In this document: piece after piece, positions 1 to 13,200 of the stretch | Position numbering within the stretch: position 1 is the first letter of the stretch | Layout of the letters: every line of letters starts with the position of its first letter | Assembly (NCBI GenBank): GCA_964016885.1 | Contig: OZ024740.1 | Coordinates: 211,234,001 to 211,298,000 of the forward strand | DNA: 64,000 nucleotides | Direction: 5' to 3' | Source of the DNA: Eledone cirrhosa | Taxonomy: Eukaryota | The notes under the pieces: model-generated | What the model was told of the DNA's origin: nothing | The model's database searches: none | What the model saw: only the letters and a program-made list of their open reading frames with translations | Made by a program: the position numbers and the translations under genes

Positions 1-330
1 TTGTAAACTTCTATCATGGCTATCTTCTACTATCAACTTATGAGAGAATTTCATTGTAAACTTCTATCATGACTACCTTCTACTATCATTTTATGGGAGA
101 CTTTCATTGTAAACTTCTATCATGGCTATCTTCTACTATCAGCTTATGAGAGACTTTCATTGTAAACTTCTGTTATGGCTACCTTCTACTATCAACTTAT
201 GAGAGACTTTCATTGTAAACTTCTGTCATGACTACCTTCTACTATCATTTTATGGGAGACTTTCATTGTAAACTTCTATCATGGCTACCTTCTACTATCA
301 ACTTATGAGAGACTTTCATTGTAAACTTCT
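1..330 (-). repeat. Same 53-bp satellite in opposite orientation (~6 monomers visible, runs off the left edge)
   Basis: Reads TTGTAAACTTCTATCATGGCTACCTTCTACTATCAACTTATG..., the reverse complement of the main monomer, up to ...GTAAACTTCT at 330. Confidence 0.99.
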
Positions 331-634
331 AAGTTGATAGTAGAAGGTAGCCATGATAGAAGTTTACAATGAAAGTCTCCCATAAAATGATAGTGGAAGG
401 TAGTCATGACAGAAGTTTACAATGAAAGTCTCTCATAAGTTGATAGTAGAAGGTAGCCATAACAGAAGTTTACAATGAAAGTCTCTCATAAGCTGATAGT
501 AGAAGATAGCCATGATAGAAGTTTACAATGAAAGTCTCCCATAAAATGATAGTAGAAGGTAGTCATGATAGAAGTTTACAATGAAAGTCTCTCATAAGTT
601 GATAGTAGAAGGTAGCCATGATAGAAGTTTACAA
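1..634. other. Fold-back inverted duplication (palindrome) centred on a 24-nt spacer at 306-329
   Basis: 1-305 is the reverse complement of 330-634 with 3 mismatches (23/612, 48/587, 240/395). Rare monomer variants GTCATGAC, GCCATAAC and AGCTGATAGTAGAAGATAGCC are mirrored in the same order on both arms. Confidence 0.95.
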
Positions 635-1462
635 TGAAAGTCTCCCATAAAATGATAGTAGAAGGTAGCCATGACAGAAGTTTACAATGAAAGTCCCCCA
701 TAAGTTGATAGTAGAAGGTAGCCATGATAGAAGTTTACAATGAAAGTCCCCCATAAGTTGATAGTAGAAGGTAGCCATGATAGAAGTTTACAATGAAAGT
801 CTCCCATAAATTGATAGTGGAAGGTAGCCATGATAGAAGTTTACAATGAAAGTCTCCCATAAAATGATAGTAGAAGGTAGCCACGATAGAAGTTTACGAT
901 GAAAGTCTCCCATAAAATGATAGTAGAAGGTAGCCATGATAGAAGTTTACAATGAAAGTCTCCCATAAGTTGATAGTAGAAGGTATCCATGATAGAAGTT
1001 TACAATGAAAGTCTTCCATTAAATGATAGTAGAAGGTAGCCATGATAGAAGTTTACAATTAAAGACTCCCATAAAATGATAGTAGAAGGTAGCCATGATA
1101 GAAGTTTACAATGAAAGTCTTCCATTAAATGATAGTAGAAGGTAGCCATGATAGAAGTTTACAATGAATGTCTCTCATAAAATGATAGTAGAAGGTAGCC
1201 ATGATAGAAGTTTACAATGAATGTCTCCCATAAAATAATAGTAGAAGGTAGCCATGATAGAAGTTTACAATGAAAGTCTCCCGTAAGTTGATAGTAGAAG
1301 GTAGCCATGATAGAAGTTTACAATGAAAGTCTCCCATAAGTTATTAGTAGAAGGTAGTCATGATAGAAGTTTACAATGAAATTCTCCCATAAGTTGATAG
1401 TGGAAGGTAGCCTTGATAGAAGTTTACAATTAAAGACTCCCATAAAATGATAGTAGAAGGTA

Positions 1463-4400
1463 GCCATGATAGAAGTTTACAATGAAAGGCTCCCAAAAGT
1501 TGATAGTAGAAGGTAGCCATGATAGAAGTTTACAATGAAAGTCTCCCATAAGTTGATAGTAGAAGGTAGCCATGATAGAAGTTTACAATGAAAGTCTCCC
1601 ATAAGTTGATAGAGAAGGTACCCATGATAGTAGTTTACAATGAAAGTCTCCCATAAGTTGATGGTAGAATGTAGCCATGATAGAAGTTTACAATGAAAGT
1701 CTCCCATAAAATGATAGTAGAAGGTAGCCATGATAGAAGTTTACAATGAAAGTCCCCCATAAGTTGATAGTAGAAGGTATCCATGATAGAAGTTTACAAT
1801 GAAAGTCTTCCATTAAATGATAGTAGAAGGTATCCATGATAGAAGTTTACAATGAATGTCTCCCATAAAATAATAGTAGAAGGTAGCCATGATAGAAGTT
1901 TACAATGAAAGTCTCCCGTAAGTTGATAGTAGAAGGTAGCCATGATAGAAGTTTACAATGAAAGTCTCCCATAAGTTATTAGTAGAAGGTAGTCATGATA
2001 GAAGTTTACAATGAAAGTCTCCCATAAGTTGATAGTAGAAGGTAGTCATGATAGAAGTTTACAATGAAAGTCTCTCATACGTTGATAGTAGAAGGTAGCC
2101 ATGATAGAAGTTTACAATGAAAGTCTCCCATGAAATGATAGTAGAAGGTAGCCATGATAGAAGTTTACAATGAAAGTCTCCCATAAAATGATAGTAGAAG
2201 GTAGCCATGATAGAAGTTTACAATGAAAGTCTCCCATAAGTTGATAGTGGAAGGTAGCCATGATAGAAGTTTACAATGAAAGTCTCCCATAAGTTGATAG
2301 CAGAAGGTAGCCATGATACAAGTTTACAATGAATGTCTCCCATAAAATAATAGTAGAAGGAAGCCATGATAGAAGTTTAAAATGAAAGTCTCCCATAAAA
2401 TGATAGTATAAAGTAGCCATGATAGAAGTTTACAATGAAAGTCTCCCATAAGCTGATAGTAGAACATAGCCATGATAGAAGTTTACAATGAAAGTCTCCC
2501 ATAAGTTGATAGTAGAAGGTAGCCATGATAGAAGTTTACAATGAAAGTCTCTCATAAGTTGATAGTACATGGTAGCCATGATAGAAGTTTACAATGAAAG
2601 TCTCCCATGAAATGATAGTAGAAGGTAGCCATGATAGAAGTTTACAATGAAAGTCCCCCATAAGTTGATAGTAGAAGGTAGCCATGATAGAAGTTTACAA
2701 TGAAAGTCTCCCATAAAATGATAGTAGAAGGTAGCCATGATAGAAGTTTACAATGAAAGTCTCTCATAAGTTGATAGTAGATGGTAGCCATGATAGAGGT
2801 TTACAATGAAAGTCTCCCATAAAATGATAGTAGAAGGTAGCCATGATAGAAGTTTACAATGAAAGTCTCTCATAAGTTGATAGTAGATGGTAGTCATGAT
2901 AGAAGTTTAAAATGAAAGTCTCTCATAAGTTGATAGTAGATGGTAGCCCTGATAGAAGTTTACAATGAAAGTCTCTCATAAGTTGATAGTAGAAGGTAGC
3001 CATGATAGAAGTTTACAATGAAAGTCTCCCATGAAATGATAGTACAAGGTAGCCATGATAGAAGTTTACAATGAAAGTCCCCCATAAGTTGATAGTAGAA
3101 GGTAGCCATGATAGAGGTTTACAATGAAAGTCTCCCATAAATTGATAGTAGAAGGTAGCCATGATAGAAGTTTACAATGAAAGTCTCCCATTAAATGATA
3201 GTAGAAGGTAGCCATGATAGAAGTTTACGATGAAAGTCTCCCATAAAATGATAGTAGAAGGTAGCCATAATAGAAGTTTACAATGAAAGTCTCCCATAAA
3301 ATGATAGTAGAAGGTAGCCATGATAGAAGTTTACAATGAAAGTCTCCCATAAATTGATAGTAGAAGGTAGCCATGATAGAAGTTTACAATGAAAGTCTCC
3401 AATAAGATGATAGTAGAAGGTAGCCATGATAGAAGTTTACAATGAAAGACTCCCATAAGTTGATAGTAGAAAGCAGCCATAATAGAAGTTTACAATGAAT
3501 GTCTCCCATAAAATGATAGTAGAAGGTAGCCATGATAGAAGTTTACAATGAATGTCTCCCATAAGCTGATAGTAGAAGGTAGCCATGATAGAAGTTTACA
3601 ATGAAAGTCTCCCATAAGTTGATAGTAGAAGGTCGCCATGATAGAAGTTAACAATGAAAGGCTCCCAAAAGTTGATAGTAGAAGGTAGCCATGATAGAAG
3701 TTTACAATGAAAGTCTCCCATAAGTTGATAGTAGAAGGTAGCCATGATAGAAGTTTACAATGAAAGTCTCCCATAAGTTGATAGAGAAGGTACCCATGAT
3801 AGTAGTTTACAATGAAAGTCTCCCATAAGTTGATGGTAGAATGTAGCCATGATAGAAGTTTACAATGAAAGTCTCCCATAAAATGATAGTAGAAGGTAGC
3901 CATGATAGAAGTTTACAATGAAAGTCCCCCATAAGTTGATAGTAGAAGGTATCCATGATAGAAGTTTACAATGAAAGTCTTCCATTAAATGATAGTAGAA
4001 GGTATCCATGATAGAAGTTTACAATGAATGGCTCCCATAAAATAATAGTAGAAGGTAGGCATGATAGAAGTTTACAATGAAAGTCTCCCGTAAGTTGATA
4101 GTAGAAGGTAGCCATGATAGAAGTTTACAATGAAAGTCTCCCATAAGTTATTAGTAGAAGGTAGTCATCATAGAAGTTTACAATGAAAGTCTCCCATAAG
4201 TTGATAGTAGAAGGTAGTCATGATAGAAGTTTACAATGAAAGTCTCTCATACGTTGATAGTAGAAGGTAGCCATGATAGAAGTTTACAATGAAAGTCTCC
4301 CATGAAATGATAGTAGAAGGTAGCCATGATAGAAGTTTACAATGAAAGTCTCCCATAAAATGATAGTAGAAGGTAGCCATGATAGAAGTTTACAATGAAA

Positions 4401-6097
4401 GTCTCCCATAAGTTGATAGTGGAAGGTAGCCATGATAGAAGTTTACAATGAAAGTCTCCCATAAGTTGATAGCAGAAGGTAGCCATGATACAAGTTTACA
4501 ATGAATGTCTCCCATAAAATAATAGTAGAAGGAAGCCATGATAGAAGTTTAAAATGAAAGTCTCCCATAAAATGATAGTATAAAGTAGCCATGATAGAAG
4601 TTTACAATGAAAGTCTCCCATAAGCTGATAGTAGAACATAGCCATGATAGAAGTTTACAATGAAAGTCTCCCATAAGTTGATAGTAGAAGGTAGCCATGA
4701 TAGAAGTTTACAATGAAAGTCTCTCATAAGTTGATAGTACATGGTAGCCATGATAGAAGTTTACAATGAAAGTCTCCCATGAAATGATAGTAGAAGGTAG
4801 CCATGATAGAAGTTTACAATGAAAGTCCCCCATAAGTTGATAGTAGAAGGTAGCCATGATAGAAGTTTACAATGAAAGTCTCCCATAAAATGATAGTAGA
4901 AGGTAGCCATGATAGAAGTTTACAATGAAAGTCTCTCATAAGTTGATAGTAGATGGTAGCCATGATAGAGGTTTACAATGAAAGTCTCCCATAAAATGAT
5001 AGTAGAAGGTAGCCATGATAGAAGTTTACAATGAAAGTCTCTCATAAGTTGATAGTAGATGGTAGTCATGATAGAAGTTTAAAATGAAAGTCTCTCATAA
5101 GTTGATAGTAGATGGTAGCCCTGATAGAAGTTTACAATGAAAGTCTCTCATAAGTTGATAGTAGAAGGTAGCCATGATAGAAGTTTACAATGAAAGTCTC
5201 CCATGAAATGATAGTACAAGGTAGCCATGATAGAAGTTTACAATGAAAGTCCCCCATAAGTTGATAGTAGAAGGTAGCCATGATAGAGGTTTACAATGAA
5301 AGTCTCCCATAAATTGATAGTAGAAGGTAGCCATGATAGAAGTTTACAATGAAAGTCTCCCATTAAATGATAGTAGAAGGTAGCCATGATAGAAGTTTAC
5401 GATGAAAGTCTCCCATAAAATGATAGTAGAAGGTAGCCATAATAGAAGTTTACAATGAAAGTCTCCCATAAAATGATAGTAGAAGGTAGCCATGATAGAA
5501 GTTTACAATGAAAGTCTCCCATAAATTGATAGTAGAAGGTAGCCATGATAGAAGTTTACAATGAAAGTCTCCAATAAGATGATAGTAGAAGGTAGCCATG
5601 ATAGAAGTTTACAATGAAAGACTCCCATAAGTTGATAGTAGAAAGCAGCCATAATAGAAGTTTACAATGAATGTCTCCCATAAAATGATAGTAGAAGGTA
5701 GCCATGATAGAAGTTTACAATGAATGTCTCCCATAAGCTGATAGTAGAAGGTAGCCATGATAGAAGTTTACAATGAAAGTCTCCCATAAGTTGATAGTAG
5801 AAGGTCGCCATGATAGAAGTTTACAATGAAAGGCTCCCAAAAGTTGATAGTAGAAGGTAGCCATGATAGAAGTTTACAATGAAAGTCTCCCATAAGTTGA
5901 TAGTAGAAGGTAGCCATGATAGAAGTTTACAATGAAAGTCTCCCATAAGTTGATAGAGAAGGTACCCATGATAGTAGTTTACAATGAAAGTCTCCCATAA
6001 GTTGATGGTAGAATGTAGCCATGATAGAAGTTTACAATGAAAGTCTCCCATAAAATGATAGTAGAAGGTAGCCATGATAGAAGTTTACAATGAAAGT
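1463..6097 (+). repeat. Higher-order duplication, period 2,172 bp (41 monomers minus 1 bp), ~2.1 copies
   Basis: Markers AAGGCTCCCAAAAG and the 1-bp-deletion monomer GATAGAGAAGGTACCC recur at 2,172-bp spacing. The ORF track shows the same spacing (right ends 1731, 3903, 6075). 41x53-1=2172. Confidence 0.92.
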
Positions 6098-7679
6098 CTC
6101 CCATTAAATGATAGTAGAAGGTAGCCATGATAGAAGTTTACAATGAATGTGTCCCATAAAATGATAGTGGAAGGTAGCCATGATAGAAGTTTACAATGAA
6201 AGTCTCCCATAAGTTGATAGTAGAAAGCAGCCATGATAGAAGTTTACAATGAATGTCTCCCATAAAATGATAGTAGAAGGTAGCCATGATAGAAGTTTAC
6301 AATGAAAGTCTCCCATTAAATGATAGTAGAATGTAGCCATGATAGAAGTTTACAATGAAAGTCCCCCATAAGTTGATGGTAGAATGTAGCCATGATAGAA
6401 GTTTACAATGAAAGTCTCCCATAAATTGATAGTAGAAGGTAGCCATGATAGAAGTTTACAATGAAAGTCTCCCATTAAATGATAGTAGAAGGTAGCCATG
6501 ATAGAAGTTTACAATGAAAGACTCCCATAAAATGATAGTAGAAGGTAGCCATGATAGAAGTTTACAATGAAAGTCTCTCATAAGTTGATAGTAGATGGTA
6601 GCCATGAGAGAAGTTTACAATGAAAGTCTCTCATAAGTTGATAGTAGATGGTAGCCATGATAGAAGTTTACAATGAAAGTCTCCCATAAAATGAAAGTAG
6701 AAGGTAGCCATGATAGAAGATTACAATGAAAGTCTCTCATAAGTTGATAGTAGATGGTAGCCATGATAGAAGTTTACAATGAAAGTCTCTCATAAGTTGA
6801 TAGTAGAAGGTAGCCATGATAGAAGTTTACAATGAAAGTCTCTCATAAGTTGATAGTAGATGGTAGCCATGATAGATATTTACAATGAAATTCTCCCATA
6901 AAATGATAGTAGAAGGTAGCCATGATAGAAGTTTACAATGAAAGTCTCCCATGAAATGATAGTAGAAGGTAGCCATGATATAAGTTTACGATGAAAGTCC
7001 CCCATAAGTTGATAGTAGAAGGTAGCCATGATAGAGGTTTACAATGAAAGTCTCCCATAAATTGATAGTAGAAGGTAGCCATGATAGAAGTTTACAAGGA
7101 AAGTCTCCCATTAAATGATAGTAGAAGGTAGCCATGATAGAAGTTTACGATGAAAGTCTCCCATAAAATGATAGTAGAAGGTAGCCATAATAGAAGTTTA
7201 CAATGAAAATCTCCCATAAAATGATAGTAGAAGGTAGCCATGATAGAAGTTTACAATGAAAGTCTCCCATAAATTGATAGTAGAAGGTAGCCAAGACAGA
7301 AGTTTACAATGAAAGTCTCCCATAAGTTGATAGTAGAAAGCAGCCATGATAGAAGTTTACGATGAATGTCTCCCATAAAATGATAGTAGAAGGTAGCCAT
7401 GATAGAAGTTTACAATGAAAGTCTCCCATAAGTTGATAGTGGAAGGTAGCCATGATAGAAGTTTACGATGAAAGTCTCCCATAAGTTAATAGCAGAAGGT
7501 AGCCATGATACAAGTTTACGATGAATGTCTCCCATAAAATAATAGTAGAAGGTAGCCATGATAGAAGTTTAAAATGAAAGTCTCCCATAAGTTGATAGTA
7601 GAAAGCAGCCGTGATACAAGTTTACAATGAAAGTCTCCCATAAAATGATAGTAGAAGGTAGCCATGATAGAAGATTACA

Positions 7680-10228
7680 ATGAATGTCTCCCATAAAATG
7701 ATAGTAGAAGGGAGTGTTGATAGAAGTTTACAATGAAAGTCTCCCATAAGCTGATAGTAGAACGTAGCCATGATAGAAGTTTACAATGAAAGTCTCCCAT
7801 AAGTTGATAGTAGAAGGTAGCCATGATAGAAGTTTACAATTAAAGACTCCCATAAAATGATAGTAGAAGGTAGCCATGATAGAAGTTTACAATGAAAATC
7901 TCCCGTCAGTTGATAATAGAAGGTAGCCACGATAGAAGTTTACAATTAAAGACTCCAATAAAATGATAGTAGAATGTAGCCATGATAGAAGTTTACAATG
8001 AATGTCTCCCATAAAATGATAGTAGAAGGGAGTGTTGATGGAAGTTTACAATGAAAGTCTCCCATAAAATGATAGTAGAAGGTAGCCATCATAGAAGTTT
8101 ACAATGAAAGTCCCCCATAAGATGATAGTAGAAGGTAGCCATGAGAGAAGTTTACAATGAAAGTCTCCCATAAGCTGATAGTAGAACGTAGCCATGATAG
8201 AAGTTTACAATGAAAGTCTCCCATAAGTTGATAGTAGAAGGTAGCCATGATAGAAGTTTACAATTAAAGACTCCCATAAAATGATAGTAGAAGGTAGCCA
8301 TGATAGAACTTTACAATGAAAGTCTCTCATGAGTTGATAGTAAAAGGTAGCCGTGATAGAAGTTTACAATGAAAGTCTCCCATAAAATGATAGTAGAAGG
8401 TAGCCATGATAGAAGTTTACAATGAAAGTCCCCCATAAGTTGATGGTAGAAGGTAGCCATGATAGAAGTTTACAATGAAAGTCTCCCATAAATTGATAGT
8501 AGAAGGTAGCCATGATAGAAGTTTACAATGAAAGTCTCCCATAAAATGATAGTAGAAGGTAGCCATGATAGAAGTTTACAATGAAAGTCTCCCATAAATT
8601 GATAGTAGAAGGTAGCCATGATAGAAGTTTACAATGAAATTCTCCCATAAAATGATAGTAGAAGGTAGCCATGATAGAAGTTTACAATGAAAGTCTCCCA
8701 TAAGTTAATAGTAGAAGGTAGCCATGATAGAAGTTTAAAATGAAAGTCTCCCATAAGTTGATAGTAGAAAGCAGCCATGATAGAAGTTTACAATGAATGT
8801 CTCCCATAAAATAATAGTAGAAGGTAGCCATGATAGAAGTTTACAATGAATGTCTCCCATAAAATGATAGTAGAAGGTAGCCATAATAGAAGTTTACAAT
8901 GAAAGTCTCCCATAAAATGATAGTAGAAGGTAGCCATGATAGAAGTTTACAATGAATGTCTCCCATAAAATGATAGTAGAAGGGAGTGTTGATAGAAGTT
9001 TACAATGAAAGTCTCCCATAAGCTGATAGTAGAACGTAGCCATGATAGAAGTTTACAATGAAAGTCTCCCATAAGTTGATAGTAGAAGGTAGCCATGATA
9101 GAAGTTTACAATTAAAGACTCCCATAAAATGATAGTAGAAGGTAGCCATGATAGAAGTTTACGATGAAAATCTCCCGTCAGTTGATAATAGAAGGTAGCC
9201 ACGATAGAAGTTTACAATTAAAGACTCCAATAAAATGATAGTAGAATGTAGCCATGATAGAAGTTTACAATGAATGTCTCCCATAAAATGATAGTAGAAG
9301 GGAGTGTTGATGGAAGTTTACAATGAAAGTCTCCCATAAAATGATAGTAGAAGGTAGCCATCATAGAAGTTTACAATGAAAGTCCCCCATAAGATGATAG
9401 TAGAAGGTAGCCATGAGAGAAGTTTACAATGAAAGTCTCCCATAAGCTGATAGTAGAACGTAGCCATGATAGAAGTTTACAATGAAAGTCTCCCATAAGT
9501 TGATAGTAGAAGGTAGCCATGATAGAAGTTTACAATTAAAGACTCCCATAAAATGATAGTAGAAGGTAGCCATGATAGAACTTTACAATGAAAGTCTCTC
9601 ATGAGTTGATAGTAAAAGGTAGCCGTGATAGAAGTTTACAATGAAAGTCTCCCATAAAATGATAGTAGAAGGTAGCCATGATAGAAGTTTACAATGAAAG
9701 TCCCCCATAAGTTGATGGTAGAAGGTAGCCATGATAGAAGTTTACAATGAAAGTCTCCCATAAATTGATAGTAGAAGGTAGCCATGATAGAAGTTTACAA
9801 TGAAAGTCTCCCATAAAATGATAGTAGAAGGTAGCCATGATAGAAGTTTACAATGAAAGTCTCCCATAAATTGATAGTAGAAGGTAGCCATGATAGAAGT
9901 TTACAATGAAATTCTCCCATAAAATGATAGTAGAAGGTAGCCATGATAGAAGTTTACAATGAAAGTCTCCCATAAGTTAATAGTAGAAGGTAGCCATGAT
10001 AGAAGTTTAAAATGAAAGTCTCCCATAAGTTGATAGTAGAAAGCAGCCATGATAGAAGTTTACAATGAATGTCTCCCATAAAATAATAGTAGAAGGTAGC
10101 CATGATAGAAGTTTACAATGAATGTCTCCCATAAAATGATAGTAGAAGGTAGCCATAATAGAAGTTTACAATGAAAGTCTCCCATAAAATGATAGTAGAA
10201 GGTAGCCATGATAGAAGTTTACAATGAA
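7680..10228 (+). repeat. Higher-order duplication, period 1,272 bp (24 monomers), 2 copies
   Basis: GGGAGTGTTG at 7710/8982 and 8028/9300; CCATAATAG at 8881/10153; all offsets 1272=24x53. Confidence 0.92.
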
Positions 10229-13200
10229 AGACTCCCATAAATTGATAGTAGAAGGTAGCCATGATAGAAGTTTACAATGAAAGTCTCCCATAAGTTGATA
10301 GTAGAACGTAGCCATGATAGAAGTTTACAATGAAAGTCTCCCATAAAATGATAGTAGAAGGTAGCCAAGATAGAAGTTTACAATGAAAGACTCCCGTAAG
10401 TTGATAGTAGAAAGCAGCCATAATAGAAGTTTACAATGAATGTCTCCCATAAAATGATAGTAGAAGGTAGCCATGATAGAAGTTTACAATGAATGTCTCC
10501 CATAAGCTGATAGTAGAAGGTAGCCATGATAGAAGTTTACAATGAAAGTCTCCCATAAGTTGATAGTAGAAGGTCGCCATGATAGAAGTTTACAATGAAA
10601 GGCTCCCAAAAGTTGATAGTAGAAGGTAGCCATGATAGAAGTTTACAATGAAAGTCTCCCATAAGTTGATAGTAGAAGGTAGCCATGGTAGAAGTTTACA
10701 ATGAAAGTCTCCCATAAGTTGATGGTAGAATGTAGCCATGATAGAAGTTTACAATGAATGTCTCCCATAAAATGATAGAAGGTAGCCATGATAGAAGTTT
10801 ACAATGAAAGTCTCCCATAAGTTGATAGTAGAAGGTAGCCATGATAGAAGTTTACAATGAATGTGTCCCATAAAATGATAGTAGAAGGTAGCCATGATAG
10901 AAGTTTACAATGAAAGTCTCCCATAAGTTGATAGTAGAAAGCAGCCATGATAGAAGTTTACAATGAAAGTCTCCCATAAGTTGATAGTAGAAAGCAGCCA
11001 TGATAGAAGTTGACAATGAATGTCTCCCATAAGCTGATAGTAGAAGGAAGCCATGATAGAAGTTTACAATGAAAGTCTCCCATAAATTGATAGTAGAAGG
11101 TAGCCATGATAGAAGTTTACAATGAAAGTCTCCCATTAAATGATAGTAGAAGGTAGCCATGATAGAAGTTTACAATGAAAGACTCCCATAAAATGAGAGT
11201 AGAAGGTAGCCATGATAGAAGTTTACAATCAAAGTCTCTCATAAGATGATAGTAGATGGTAGCCATGAGAGAAGTTTACAATGAAAGTCTCTCATAAGTT
11301 GATAGTAGATGGTAGCCATGATAGAAGTTTACAATGAAAGTCTCCCATAAAATGATAGTAGAAGGTAGCCATGATAGAAGTTTACAATGAAAGTCTCTCA
11401 TAAGTTGATAGTAGAAGGTAGCCATGATAGAAGTTTACAATGAAAGTCTCTCATAAGTTGATAGTAGATGGTAGCCATGATAGATATTTACAATGAAATT
11501 CTCCCATAGGTTGATATTAGAAGGTAGCCATGATAGAAGTTTACAATGAAAGTCTCCCATGAAATGATAGTAGAAGGTAGCCATGATAGAAGTTTACAAT
11601 GAAAGTCTCCCATAAAATGATAGTAGAAGGTAGCCATGATAGAAGTTTACAATGAAAGTCCCCCATAAGATGATAGTAGAAGGTAGCCATGAGAGAAGTT
11701 TACAATGAAAGTCTCCCATAAGCTGATAGTAGAACGTAGCCATGATAGAAGTTTACAATGAAAGTCTCCCATAAGTTGATAGTAGAAGGTAGCCATGATA
11801 GAAGTTTACAATTAAAGACTCCCATAAAATGATAGTAGAAGGTAGCCATGATAGAACTTTACAATGAAAGTCTCTCATGAGTTGATAGTAAAAGGTAGCC
11901 GTGATAGAAGTTTACAATGAATGTCTCCCATAAAATGATAGTAGAAGGTAGCCATGATAGAAGTTTACAATGAAAGTCTCCCATAAAATGATAGTAGAAG
12001 GTAGCCATGATAGAAGTTTACAATGAATGTCTCCCATAAAATGATAGTAGAAGGTAGCCATGATAGAAGTTTACAATGAAAGTCTCCCATAAGTTGATAG
12101 TAGAAGGTAGCCATGATAGAAGTTTACAATGAATGTGTCCCATAAAATGATAGTAGAAGGTAGCCATGATAGAAGTTTACAATGAAAGTCTCCCATAAGT
12201 TGATAGTAGAAAGCAGCCATGATAGAAGTTTACAATGAAAGTCTCCCATAAGTTGATAGTAGAAAGCAGCCATGATAGAAGTTTACAATGAATGTCTCCC
12301 ATAAGCTGATAGTAGAAGGAAGCCATGATAGAAGTTTACAATGAAAGTCTCCCATAAATTGATAGTAGAAGGTAGCCATGATAGAAGTTTACAATGAAAG
12401 TCTCCCATTAAATGATAGTAGAAGGTAGCCATGATAGAAGTTTACAATGAAAGTCTCTCATAAGTTGATAGTAGATGGTAGCCATGATAGATATTTACAA
12501 TGAAATTCTCCCATAGGTTGATATTAGAAGGTAGCCATGATAGAAGTTTACAATGAAAGTCTCCCATGAAATGATAGTAGAAGGTAGCCATGATAGAAGT
12601 TTACAATGAAAGTCTCCCATTAAATGATAGTAGAAGGTAGCCATGATAGAAGTTTACGATGAAAGTCTCCCATAAAATGATAGTAGAAGGTAGCCATAAT
12701 AGAAGTTTACAATGAAAATCTCCCATAAAATGATAGTAGAAGGTAGCCATGATAGAAGTTTACAATGAAAGTCTCCCATAAATTGATAGTAGAAGGTAGC
12801 CAAGACAGAAGTTTACAATGAAAGTCTCCCATAAGTTGATAGTAGAAAGCAGCCATGATAGAAGTTTACGATGAATGTCTCCCATAAAATGATAGTAGAA
12901 GGTAGCCATGATAGAAGTTTACAATGAAAGTCTCCCATATGTTGATAGTGGAAGGTAGCCATGATAGAAGTTTACGATGAAAGTCTCCCATAAGTTAATA
13001 GCAGAAGGTAGCCATGATACAAGTTTACGATGAATGTCTTCCATAAAATAATAGTAGAAGGTAGCCATGATAGAAGTTTAAAATGAAAGTCTCCCATAAG
13101 TTGATAGTAGAAAGCAGCCGTGATACAAGTTTACAATGAAAGTCTCCCATAAAATGATAGTAGAAGGTAGCCATGATAGAAGTTTACAATGAATGTCTCC

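Noticed and set aside
1-634. Transposon terminal inverted repeats / MITE or a miRNA-like hairpin gene
   Set aside because: Arms and spacer are pure satellite, with no target-site duplication or internal unique sequence, and no evidence of transcription is available from the sequence.
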